NCBI GenBank assembly: GCA_002269645.1
Contig: NIVC01000119.1
Coordinates: 235,323 to 299,322 of the forward strand
From: Macrostomum lignano
Taxonomy: Eukaryota
Length of the DNA stretch: 64,000 nt
Direction of reading: 5' to 3'
Part shown: positions 12,816 to 25,225 of the stretch, in pieces
Layout of the letters: every line of letters begins with the position of its first letter
Numbering within the stretch: position 1 is the stretch's first letter
Notes under the pieces: model-generated
What the model was told of the DNA's origin: nothing
Database searches by the model: none
What the model saw: the letters and a program-made list of their open reading frames with translations, nothing else
Position numbers and translations under genes: made by a program

Positions 12816-14310
12816 TGAATAAATTATTCTATATACTAAAATTGGATCTAAAACTATATATTATATATAAATTGATAACAAGAAAAGATAGAGCTAGGTT
12901 CATAAACTGTTATCAAGCTTTAAAAAGGCTCATCTTATGACATATTTGCATATGCATCTTGTGTACAATAAAAAATCTAGCACTACCATTGCCTGTTTGC
13001 CATCCCTATGATTTGGCCATTGGCATTTGCTATTTTTTTGCCAAAATAATAGCTTATATCATACATGATATACCATTGCCATTGCAATGTGTTTAATAAA
13101 TAACTTTTAATGTAACATAAGTCTTAAAGCTCTAAATTTAATGTTACATTGGTGACTTGGTCAATTGGATAGAATAGAAGCTCTTCTATATCTTAGAAAG
13201 CTATTTATCAATATTTGCCTATTTGCTCTAGGCCTAATGTGGTAATGGTATGAATTTCTATAATACAAATTGCATATGTGATATATGACTGCAGTGTCAG
13301 ACTTATTTTGGCAACTTCTTTTTGGTCATATAATTGGTTAGAAAATAATTGCTTCAATTTTTTAAAAATATCAAGTTCAATAACTTTGGGCCTACTGGCT
13401 ATGAAAATAATGTCTCTTGGTATGATACAATGACAGTCTTATAATTGGTGTTAACATTATAAAGTACTTTTTTATCTAGAATTTAATCATTTTGCTTAGT
13501 CTATATACTAAAAATCTTAACCTAACAGTGCTAATAGTAATGACTTTGGATTCATGCAATTGCAAATTAATATAGAACTAAAGCATTAAATATGATATAA
13601 CAATGTAAGCAAATTTATGTAATCTCATAATTTTGCTTCTAGCATCTAGCATTCTAATTAATGTATGCCAATCTGAAAGACAAAGATTTCATTCAATTTT
13701 CATATAAATACACTATACTCTATGATATATTATATTTTACATGTCCTAACATTGTATACATTACTGGTTATTAGCTAGTGAGCAAATATAACTAAACAAT
13801 CACATTTTCTTCAACAACAGGTTTTTCTGGACCACTTGGATGCAATGTGGCTAGATGCATAGGCCAATATCATAGCACAAATGGCAACAAAGTGACCTGC
13901 TACTAGCAAGCCTATTGGGCACCCTCCTACCCAGTTTTTTAAGCCATCAGTGCCCCTTGCTAGCCAAAGTAGGGTGACAATACTAGACTATCACTTTTGC
14001 CTTGGTTGCCAAAAAAAGTAGCTTAGATCCTAAAAAGTGCAAAATCTTTCAAAATGATGCCATCTCATGTAATAAGCCACTTCCAAGTAAGGATAACTGA
14101 ACTCAATAATGCTTATAAATTAAAAATCTGGCATATTTAGGTAGTGGCACAAGCAGAAATTTTAGGTAGATAGATTTTAGGTAAAATTTTGGAAAAAAGA
14201 AAGCTGTTCCAGTTGGATTTTCTGGAATTTTTCACCTGGAACACTACTGAATTCTGGGTGTAGACCTGAATTCCAGTCCCCTACAGTTCCAAGCTTACTG
14301 CTATTTACAG

Positions 14311-17300
14311 AAGTCGAATATCACACCCCTTTCGGCACAATGGATCACAACGAAGGCTCTGTGTTGCTGGATGTAAAGAAGAAAATAGCCGACGTACTTG
14401 CTAGCATCAATGCTATCTTACTGTACCCAGCACATCGGGGCTGTCCAGCGCCTTGTGTGCGTATTGAGAGTGTAGTGACATCTTACCGACGCTTACTAGG
14501 AGCAGAAATCCCACTCGCTGACTGCAGATGTGGCAGCGTTGGCGAGTTGGTAGGCAGTTACAGTCAAAGAATCGGCACAGACAGCGTGTGGCTTTGACTC
14601 GCGGATTCTGTGGCCGGAGCCGGCGTCACTAGTCAATCGGATTTGCCAGGCAGGGCCAAAGCCGGCGGCGTGGCGCAACTGACAGTGGCCAGATGCTAAT
14701 GTCGACGCCGTTCTGAAGCAGTGGCAGTGGTACCTAACATCATCTTGTAAATTGCCCCTCAAAAAGCCGCCGCATTGGTCGCCTGTGAATTCTGGACCGG
14801 AAATATATGTCACCGCTAATCAGTCGAAACACTTGGCAGCGCAGTTGAGTTTTGAAAGCCACCAGCACGAGGCGGCGGCTTCCAGTCAGTGCGGCTGCAG
14901 TGCAATCAGCACTGTACAGCAATGGCCTCTGCGGATGCTCCGCGACGTCCTCGGTCTCCTCACGACCGCCGTAGAATGTTCAAACGAATCTCAGCATGGC
15001 TCCGGCTGCTGTGCTGGAGCGGCTCGTTGTCGTTCAAGTCGGCTTATGGGACGTTCTCCAGCGTGGTTGCGGCCTTAACTGTTGCTTCCACCTGATCAGA
15101 TGTTGGGCTCGGGAACTGGATATGGGCCTGCGCTCGTCAGAAAAAAAGCGGGAATAGGAAAACCCACCATTATGGGCACGGAGCCCTTGGCTGACTGAGC
15201 GGACGCTCTGATAGCACTACTCCGTCAGGAGGCGGGCAGATTCCATGTGGCCTTCCAGCGCGGAAGTGGTCGGAAAGACCTCATTGGCTTCCTGCTCCAG
15301 ATGCTGCTGAAGGAGGGCATTCCCCGTGGCTACTGCACAATGGATAATATCGCCGTTGTGTGGAGGTAAGATACTGTAGCTTTAGTGCGCAATCAATGGT
15401 CCGCAACTCAGCACTACTGACAGTGTCTAGCACAGGCCTTACCTCGCGGGGGCTCATTTTTTACCCTGATGAGCCGATGCCCGACATGGCGGCTGGCGTT
15501 GCGAGCACCACGGCCAGCCTCGAACTGCAGCCGGATTCCGAGCTGAACACCGCAAGGGCGAAAGGGTGTATTAAACTGACAATAAAAACTCAGGCAAGAA
15601 GAAACACTATTGTATATCATTGTTTGAAACTGCGACTTGCCTTGTATGCCTTGTATACTCAAGATCCAAGATACCTTGTATCCAGGTTTCCCTTGACTGT
15701 TGCGGTTGCCAATATAAACTGCGGCACCTTGTGCTCCACCATATGTTTCACAGACTCCGTTCATATGCGCGCTTTTTGTGTTAGACTTTGATTAATTTAT
15801 ACATTAATCAGACAGACAGACAGACAGACAAACAGAGAAACAGACAAACACTAAGACAGACAGACAGACAGACAGACAGGCAGGCAGGGAAACAGGTAGA
15901 CAACAGGCAATTCCCGCAATAATTCCAGCCCGGAAAGCATGTCCAGCTGGTTTTCAAAGCCACAAAACCTAGACCAACTTGTGGACCGCATCAACATGCT
16001 ACTGCTAGAAAATTGCTGTATACGGCGACTGCTAAGTCATGTCTCGTCATATTCGACTTCTTGGGACGACAATGGCCTTGCTTCAAAGTGACTCGTAGCT
16101 TAACCAAAGACATCGGTCGGAATCCCACAATGTATGCACTCAAGGACGATCGCAACAAAGAGAATAAGCAGTGGGCAATGGGATACATAAGGGTCCTTGA
16201 AGCCAAAAATGGTCAACTTCGTACTGACCTCCCGTATTGGAATCTCATTGAACTGTATGCCAGTTCAACTCGATTCCAGTCGAAACCGTGGCCCTATGTG
16301 CAGCTGGTTAGCCAAGCACTGCATACTTCCAATGCCATCATCCACAAGCGGAAGCCGGCGCCATTATCTGCGAAAGAGTGCAGGGAAGGCTGGCTTGTCA
16401 TCAGTGACTTTAATTTTGACGCCGACGACTTAGAATGGCTAAAAAGGAGGCACAGAGAACTACATGGCCGGAAAGAAGGCAGTGTCAGATCTGGTGCAAC
16501 TCAGAGACCAGTCACCCTTTCGCCAGCAGAAATTTAGTCCCGCAGATGTGGATGGCACTGGATGCGCCGGAAATTCGCCAACATTTGGGTGACAGTTGCA
16601 TGGTAAACAACAACAGCTGGAATTCCGGCGGGATCAATTGCATTAGGTGCTGATGCCTCCAACTGTCCATAAGTTGAAATTGACGTTTTTAATTGCGGCT
16701 ACCATATAATTGTACTTTCAATTTGCATAATCTGTAATCTTACTCATGATTCTGAGTTCTTACACTACACAATGCTGACCACTGTCTATTTGATGTTGTT
16801 CATTAAAGCAATACCACATGTTCAATATTATGACTAACCTGACAAACATGACCGCACTAAAGAGCCGAAAATCAGCTGAAGGAACTTCGATTTTGGAAGT
16901 ATCTTCCCTTCCGCATTGACTCATTTGATTGTTTCTTGTGTAAGTAGTATGGTATGGCAGGATCGCATCAAAACACTATCCAATTAATTAACTAAGTGAC
17001 ATAGTTTGCACCTTTATGCACCTAATGTTGTATTTTCTAACATTTTACCTAACAGACGCATGCTACTAGATTATTTACTTGAGTGTTCTTGCAGATTTGG
17101 GCAGTTGTATGGGAATTTTAACAAGCGCATGTCTTTTAACACAATGTGTCCTTCACTGAAACCATTTCAGCCATGGGCTCTCCATCTGACAAGTAATGAC
17201 ATCAAAAAGCCACTCTTTGGGGACATCAGGAGTTGGTGCAAAGAAGACTTCCAAGACTTGCAAGAAACAACAGGAACTCCCTGCTGAGTTTAAAGCATAC

Positions 17301-18207
17301 TCAGGTGCTGTCAATCGCTATTGGAGTGTACAATATACCCTTGATTCTTAGAGCAGTGTACAGTACAGTGTTGTGCAGGACGCTTCTATTGTAGCAATTT
17401 TGCATGCGGATGAGGAGCCCACCTGGAAGTGCTGTGTCCTTGTTGTCACAGCTGCTAACAAGAGTACCGGATCCCAGTATTCCGCCACTATCTGGAAGAG
17501 GCCTTTCGAAAGAAAGGCATAAGCGATTGAAGCAACTGCTTTGGCGCGTGTGCAATTGCAGCAACCGCAGCCATCACGATGCCTGTCATACGCTACAATG
17601 ATGGATCAGATTCAGGCCCAAGGCGAAGTTGAGGACGAACTGCGTAAGTTTTTAAGCATATATTAGAAGACGTTAGCAGCCTTGTATATGTATAAGTGTT
17701 GTCGATTAGTTACTTTGCATCTGCCTCGCCACTCTCCTCATTTTTATGTACTTAATAGGCCATCAATTGAGTGGAGTTTGCAAAAAGCTGTCAGAGGCTC
17801 AAGCCGAAAATTGTCAGCTGAAAGCGGAAGTTCTTTGGTTGGAAGCTATCTCCGCTACGTGCTCGTTGGAATCCGACACAACCGTGGCAAGAAGGCAGGC
17901 AGTGCATGTACTGGGTTGCGTCGCAAAGTGACAGGAGCAGTTGCTTGTACTGATCAATGAAGTGTGCAATATTCTGGGTGGCTCCAATATGCACCCTTCA
18001 TCTGAAAATGGTCCGAATTTGGATGATGAGTGCAACCATCAGGCTCCACAATCAGGCCTAAGCGCATCTTCCGCTTTTTTCATACAAGGGCCTATTAGCA
18101 CCAGTCAAAGCACTCAACTGCACCACAGCATGCAATTGGTATTGGCTATGCATTCGTCTAGCGCCCAGCAAGGCGGTTTTGGAGTCGCTATTTGTAAGCC
18201 TAGCTAG
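14311..18207 (+). pseudogene. Disrupted multi-exon gene; N-terminus LOTUS(OST-HTH)-like, a later segment extended-Tudor-like
   Basis: Acceptor tttacag|14311 and cacaATGG at 14340. Codon-like CpG-rich blocks with GT-AG boundaries (e.g. GAG|gtaag near 15367, ttgcag|ATTT near 17096). In-frame stops and frameshifts. DVKKKIADVLAS...YRRLLGAEIPL..GSVGELV resembles LOTUS; PYVQLVSQAL..PAPLSAKECREGWLVISDF..DDLEWLK resembles Tudor. Domain calls are by eye only. Confidence 0.4.
15810..15892. repeat. (caga)n microsatellite, imperfect
   Basis: Seen directly. Confidence 0.85.
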
Positions 18208-18412
18208 GGATTGCAACTTTTTCTTTGACTGGCCTGACCCCTGTGAAATATTGACTATAAAAGTAATGACAATTGTATAGGCCTTTTGCTAAGGAGTAGT
18301 AGGAACAAAATATAGATAAAAAATTTATTAGCATATTTTTGTGACACAAATAAAATTTCTTTGTGTACATTGGTATACAAGAGCTTGGAAAGTGAATTTT
18401 TGTTTCATACAT

Positions 18413-18565
18413 GCGCAATCTTGGGATTCACTTGGCTGTTTCTATTGGCAACATATATGTGTAAGTTGCTATTGGCTGAGAGCAGTCACATGACTACTAT
18501 TCCATCTAATAGCAACTTATATGTGTGTTGACAAAAAATTGGTCAAGCAAATCCCAAGGTTGCAC
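18413..18565. mobile_element. Small foldback element/MITE with arms of about 60 bp
   Basis: 18413-18436 pairs with 18542-18565 (19/24) and 18462-18475 pairs with 18506-18519 (13/14). Confidence 0.7.
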
Positions 18566-20486
18566 CTAAGCATGTTTTGTTTTGGTATATACTATGAGTA
18601 GTACACAATCCCAACATTGGAATATTTAAGACAATAGCAAATAAGTGCCTATAATAGCCTATTATTAGCCTTCAACTCTTATATGAAAAGATTTTCATCT
18701 CTAATAATAAACTAATAAATTATGGGAAGCTACACTTAATAGTCTATAATAAAAAATGGTATAGCCATATAGTCAGAATCATGGCAGAATCATAGAAAAA
18801 ATCCTATTAAAAATTGATATAGTACAGTCTTGCTATTCTATAATATAGTTTATTATATCATTATAGTGTATTTGATATAGTGCATTTCTACATTTCTATT
18901 CTAGCCTTGTTTTTCTTAGAAAATTATCACATTTGAACTCTTAGTGCTGTTGCATCATTAATCAATAAAACTTATACTTTGATTATTGATCAGTAGAATA
19001 ATATAATTAGCTATTGATAAGATTATAATAAAAATATTCTTATTTTATAATAAAAATTTATATAATATTGCAGAATAAATGAAAAAAATATAATTCATAA
19101 ATTCAGCCTTCTTGTTTTTCTGGTTTTTTCCAGGGCGATTTCCATTTTGAACTTGAAATGTATCACAAAATAATGCTATTTTTAGCAAGCTTTGAATGAG
19201 GCTATCCATTAGGCCATAATTGGATATTGAAAAAAACAGCAGAGACTGTTAAAGACTTTCTTTTGATACATGGTGTCCCTGTGCATATGGCAGTGGAGTT
19301 GCTACTAGTAAAATTATTTTTTGCATTTTTAATTTTTGTTGCATAAACTGCTGGTACCTCAACCCTGAACTTTTGTGCTATCACCTGGCTTATATTGTCA
19401 CTCTTCCCCATTATTGTCCTTGCTATGGTGCCTCCTTGCCCCCTTATGGCAAAGAAAAAGAGTACAAATTGGCTTACTTCCTTTTTCTTTCTCTTTTTAA
19501 GCTTAATCTTGTTTATTTTAACTTCTGTTTGATATTGATTAATTAATGACTATTTGTTAAACTTAAACTACTAGCTAACTAACTTATCTATTTCATACCA
19601 TGGCTTTGCTAGGAGTTTTGCTCGTGGTAGCTTAATCTGAATTTAACTTAAATCCAAAATACGCCAATAATATTTAAGCGTATTTATTTTTTAATCAATA
19701 AGCCTAGCCTATTTTGAGTAATTTGCCCATGAGACATAAAGTAATCAATTAATCTCATCTCCAAATGAGCTGAGAATCTATAATATATAAATTATGGTAA
19801 GGCCTAATGGCAATGTGGTAGGGGGATACCACTAAGACTAAATTGGTAAATTTGAACTTTTGTGCACATAATTTTGTATGAACAAGCCCTATGAATTTTG
19901 CTCTAAACCCAGGCAAACTTTGCATCATTTTTCCAGTCCCAGAAGTGTTTTGTTCCCTTCCTGTTCCTGGTCCTCTAGCATCTCTTTGTTGTAATTTTGT
20001 TTTTCCCTATTTATTTCTGTGGTTTTTCTGTGTCCATCTACTGTGTCTGTCCCCTATCCTGGTTTGTGCAAGCATTGCCACCATGCCTTGGAATGTTTTG
20101 TTCTACTCAATATTTATATTGTGTGAATTTTTGTGGTCTTCATACGCATTCCTTCTTTGCTTTTTTGCTTATTTACACCATTTATTTTGCCTATTTGTGA
20201 ATTAAAATTAACTAGCTCATTACTTATTGACTAGCATTTGACTTTTAAGCTTAGCCTCATACCTCAGCACCTGCAACTCATTTTGTCAATAACTAACCTA
20301 ATAACATTTAGCCTGCTGCTTTAACTTCTTTAATAATAATAATAATAATAATATCAGCACCAAACACAATAATTTGTTTTTCAATAATAACATACATGCG
20401 CAACCCCTCTGATTTACACTGGCCATGCAACTTACTTTTTGACCAAAAATGCGACTTACCTGTGAAAGAAACCCTAACGCAATTTT

Positions 20487-20550
20487 GGGTAAACGGCAGG
20501 AGTAACTATGACTGTCTTAATAGGGCTAAATGCCTCATTATCTAATTAGT
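20487..20550 (+). rRNA. Isolated 64-nt 28S (LSU) rRNA fragment spanning the R2/I-PpoI target; non-functional pseudo-fragment, not an rRNA gene
   Basis: 55/64 identity to the conserved GGGTAAACGGCGGGAGTAACTATGACTCTCTTAAGGTAGCCAAATGCCTCGTCATCTAATTAGT; the flanks are not rDNA. Confidence 0.88.
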
Positions 20551-20699
20551 ACTATGTCTGTATTCTTTAGGCTGGGCATTTTTGCGACTTACCCCTGGTC
20601 TAGCACAATTTATGGTGGCCAGATCGGCCAGGTTGGCCAGCAGTTGTGCATGTATGAATAATAATTAGGCCTAACTTAAGCCATAGCCTATCCTGATTT

Positions 20700-20795
20700 A
20701 TTTCCTGTGGGGCGTAAAACAACCAAAGTTCTCATCTCAAAGAAAGCTCTAAGACTTATTTGTTCTATAATACATAAATTATGGTAGTGGCAGCT
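20700..20795 (+). repeat. Unclassified dispersed repeat; paralogous copies at about 19715-19800 and 26995-27092
   Basis: Gap-free 88-nt alignment of 20707-20794 with 27005-27092 (75/88 identical); a more decayed third copy lies at about 19715-19800. Confidence 0.85.
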
Positions 20796-21073
20796 CTACC
20801 TTGCTGGAAGTAATCAGGTCAACAAATAAATGCATTAATTGTACCAGAATCTTTAGTGTCTACTATTTGAATGACTGCGCCACTATATAACCACTCTGCT
20901 ACAATTACAACTACCCTCCCCCCCCCAGAATTTGAGGACCACCCGGGAAAAAAAAACATACTAAACTTTCCAAGTCAACCATGTACTTGGATGACATTGT
21001 TGACTTACCAAGTTTGCAAAGTATCATTGTCGTGTACTTAAAAAGTATGCAATGTTTTTACCCAACTTCAATC

Positions 21074-21912
21074 GACTTTCCAAGTTTGCAAAGTACACTT
21101 CCGATGTCTACATCCAAGTACTTAGAAAGTATCCAAAGTAGAGCCTACTTGGTTCGACTTTCCAAGTTTGCAAAGTACACTTCCGATGTCTGCATCCAAG
21201 TACTTAGAAAGTATCCAAAGTAGAGCCTACTTGGTTCGACTTTCCAAGTTTGCAAAGTACACTTCCGATGTCTACATCCAAGTACTTAGAAAGTATCCAA
21301 AGTAGAGCCTACTTGGTTCGACTTTCCAAGTTTGCAAAGTACACTTCCGATGTCTACATCCAAGTACTTGGAAAGTATCCAAAGTAGAGCCTACTTGGTT
21401 CGACTTTCCAAGTTTGCAAAGTACACTTCCGATGTCTACATCCAAGTACTTGGAAAGTATCCAAAGTAGAGCCTACTTGGTTCGACTTTCCAAGTTTGCA
21501 AAGTACACTTCCGATGTCTACATCCAAGTACTTAGAAAGTATCCAAAGTAGAGCCTACTTGGTTCGACTTTCCAAGTTTGCAAAGTACACTTCCGATGTC
21601 TACATCCAAGTACTTGGAAAGTATCCAAAGTAGAGCCTACTTGGTTCGACTTTCCAAGTTTGCAAAGTACACTTCCGATGTCTACATCCAAGTACTTAGA
21701 AAGTATCCAAAGTAGAGCTTACTTGGTTCGACTTTCCAAGTTTGCAAAGTACACTTCCGATGTCTACATCCAAGTACTTAGAAAGTATCCAAAGTAGAGC
21801 CTACTTGGTTCGACTTTCCAAGTTTGCAAAGTACACTTCCGATGTCTACATCCAAGTACTTGGAAAGTATCCAAAGTAGAGCCTACTTGGTTCGACTTTC
21901 CAAGTTTGCAAA
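21074..21912. repeat. 82-bp tandem array, about 10 near-identical copies
   Basis: gactttccaagtttgc recurs at 21074, 21156, 21238 and onward. Confidence 0.95.
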
Positions 21913-22983
21913 ATCCGTACATACACATTTTTTACCAGCAGGATAACAGCTTTTATTTAGCTGACATCGCTCCCGCTCACAAAAAATGATTATTTGGCTA
22001 TTCCTCGGAATTTTTGTATTCCTGAATACAGCTGAATACAGCTACAGCAATACATCCCGAAGCTATAGGTGTCTGTATTTTTCTTTGGGAAGATTTATGA
22101 GCTTGGCTAGCTGCATCATCAAAGCTAGTTTTCCGTAAAAGGCAAACATTCTTTTGGATTGCATAATTACATGAAAAGACTCTATAAATACATTTATACA
22201 ATTGCACATTGCAAGACTTTAATTCTTTTACTAATCTATTATGATAAAAATTTTAGGAAGTTTTGCTAAAATATCAGTATTTACTGATTCTTGAGTGTTT
22301 GTTTCATTAACAAATGAAATAAATATTACATCTTATATTGTTTGAGGCAAATGATTATTATCTAATTTGTTTAAACTGTCAAAATTCGAAACGAAAATTC
22401 TAATTTTCGCTTTCGCATAGGTTTGTGTAAAATTGTCCTTTTATCTTTTTTTTCAAACTTAGGCTTTAGTTAGATAGGCCTTTTAGCAATTATTTGTTGC
22501 CTTTTTTTAATTTCATATAGTAGTTGATATACCTTGTCGCTCAACAATTGGCTGACTATAGTTATTGTAATTGACATTTTATATGGCCCAGTAGGCCAGC
22601 CTACCCACTATGCCCTATAGGCATAGGCCTGCCTTCTTGGCTTCTTTAACTAGATCTAGAAGCTTTTTTAGAAGGCTAATATTATAGTCATATGGGCTTA
22701 GTATAATACTGATACTGACTCAGAATATAAATATAGATAAAATTTTAAAACTGACTTTTGTGAGTTGTGACTTAAGAATTATTGTCTTGATCTGCATAGT
22801 GGTTAGTATATATATAGGAAAAATCATCTGGCCTCCCTTATCTAACCTTGACCTTGTTTACAGTTTTGCCTTTTAGCTTCTGTTTTTAATCTTCAGTTTC
22901 AGATTTAATGTCATTGTAAAAAGTACAAGAAATGCTTCAGAGTAAAAATACTTTGTTTTTTTTTAATTTTAGACAGCTGGACT

Positions 22984-23382
22984 TAGAGGTCGGATGGGAT
23001 TGAAATCTTCGGGCGGGATTGGGATCGGGAATAATTTTTTTCTCGGGATCGGGATCAGGATCGGGATTTGGGAATCGGGATCAGGTCTTTTAGTGTATTG
23101 TCCATGTAAAGTTAAACAAAATTGAGAAAAGATTGTCAAGATCAAGAAGTAAAACACAACGAAATTGATATGAAGTTTTGTAACCAACAAAGTAAATAAT
23201 GTAACAAGTACAAGTTAAAGCAAAATACCTTCAAGTAATCACTAATTCTATAAATTATTAATCGAAAGACCTGTTCCCAAATCTCGAGTTTTTTAGGGTC
23301 GGGATTCTGGTCCCGCGGGAATTCAATTTTCCTTGGGATCCCGAGATTTCGGGATCGGGATCGGGATCCCGTCCGACCTCTA
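22984..23382. mobile_element. 399-bp hAT-type MITE with (gggatc)n subterminal repeats
   Basis: 16-bp TIR tagaggtcgga(t/c)ggga; perfect 8-bp TSD gctggact at 22976-22983 and 23383-23390. Confidence 0.92.
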
Positions 23383-24481
23383 GCTGGACTAGAATTATCC
23401 AGGCTATGTTATTAATTTTGATTGCAAATTTTTTACTTTTATTGATAATAGATTAGTAGTAATAATACTGTTTTATATTAAGTCTTAGGACATTTGTTGA
23501 TTAGGCCCAATTATAATTATAATCATTCTAATAAATTGTCTTTAGCTTATTAGAAATATAATATAAGCCTAGTTAGTTTTTAATTATAAGCCTAGAAGTA
23601 TTTAGACTTAAAATTTTATTTTTAGTTTATAGAATATTTTTATTTTTAGTATATTTGATGATTTAGATTTTAAGATCAGAAAATTAAGCAATTTATAATA
23701 AAAAATATTTAAGTATATTTATAAACTATGTTATATTATTGGTCTATTAAGGACAAGGCCTAAATTAATTTTTATTTAAAAGCAAAGTAATATTTTTGTT
23801 TGGAATATATTTAGATTTCAATACTTTCTATATTTTATAATATCTCTATAAAAATATTTAAAGACTTATTTATTACATTAAAAAAAGACTGCTATTAGTC
23901 TCAAAATAGTAATTATATTATAAAGTGCATTTACTTAGCATTTCTTTAGATTAAGAACTATTACCTGGGTAAAATTTACATGGTTTAATTTTTTTGTGAA
24001 ATATAATTATTCATATTCATTTAAATTTCCATTTCAACTACCATCTACAAATGTCATCATCTACATTTAAAAAACCTGCTGAAAACAATAAAGATTTGTT
24101 AGCTATATAATTGTCCATTTTTATGCTGCTTTTTTTTCTTTGTCTTGCATTTTTTCTGCCTGTGATCATCTGAATAATTTGTTAAGTTGCAACTTTTATG
24201 TGCATCAATACTTTGAATACAATATAACAGTACACTTTACAATTATTTTGAAGCTCCTTATTGCTTGTTGAATTTTTTCTTTAACAAGTGAAATTCTGTA
24301 TGATGGAATTATTTTTTGTTCTTTGTAACTTTTGCAAGTCCATGGTATGAGTATCAACATTTTGCCAAGTGCTCTATAGATAAATTATATATTTAATAGG
24401 TTCACACTTGGAACCATATACTTTCTCGTAAATAAGTCACCTAAATCACTTTAAAATGTGATAAGTATTTATAGCTCTTGT

Positions 24482-25225
24482 GAACATTGCATACTTGGAA
24501 GGTACCTGAAAAGTGATTTAAGAAAACATTGCATACTTGGAAAGTACTTGAGAAGTGACTTGAGAAAACATTGCATACTTGGAAAGTACTTGAGAAGTGA
24601 CTTGAGAAAACATTGCATACTTGGAAATTACTTGAGAAGTGACTTGAGAAAACATTGCATACTTGGAAAGTACTTGAGAAGTGACTTGAGAAAACATTGC
24701 ATACTTGGAAAGTACTTGAGAAGTGACTTGAGAAAACATTGCATACTTGGAAAGTACTTGAGAAGTGACTTGAGAAAACATTTCATACTTGGAAAGTACT
24801 TGAGAAGTGACTTGAGAAAACATTGCATACTTGGAAAGTACTTGAGAAGTGACTTGAGAAAACATTGCATACTTGGAAAGTACTTGAGAAGTGACTGGAG
24901 AAAACATTGCATACTTGGAAAGTACTTGAGATGTGACTTAAGAAAACATTGCATACTTGGAAAGTACTTGAGAAGTGACTGGAGAAAACATTGCATACTT
25001 GGAAAGTACTTGAGAAGTGACTGGAGAAAACATTGCATACTTGGAAAGTACTTGAGAAGTGACTGGAGAAAACATTACATACTTGGAAAGTACTTGAGAA
25101 GTGACTGGAGAAAACATTGCATACTTGGAAAGTACTTGAGAAGTGACTTGAGAAAACATTGCATACTTGGAAAGTACTTGAGAAGTGACTGGAGAAAACA
25201 TTGCATACTTGGAAAGTACTTATTG
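24482..25225. repeat. 42-bp tandem array (gaaaacattgcatacttggaaagtacttgagaagtgacttga), about 18 copies
   Basis: Seen directly; the ORF has a 14-aa period (KHCILGKYLRSDLR). Confidence 0.95.
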
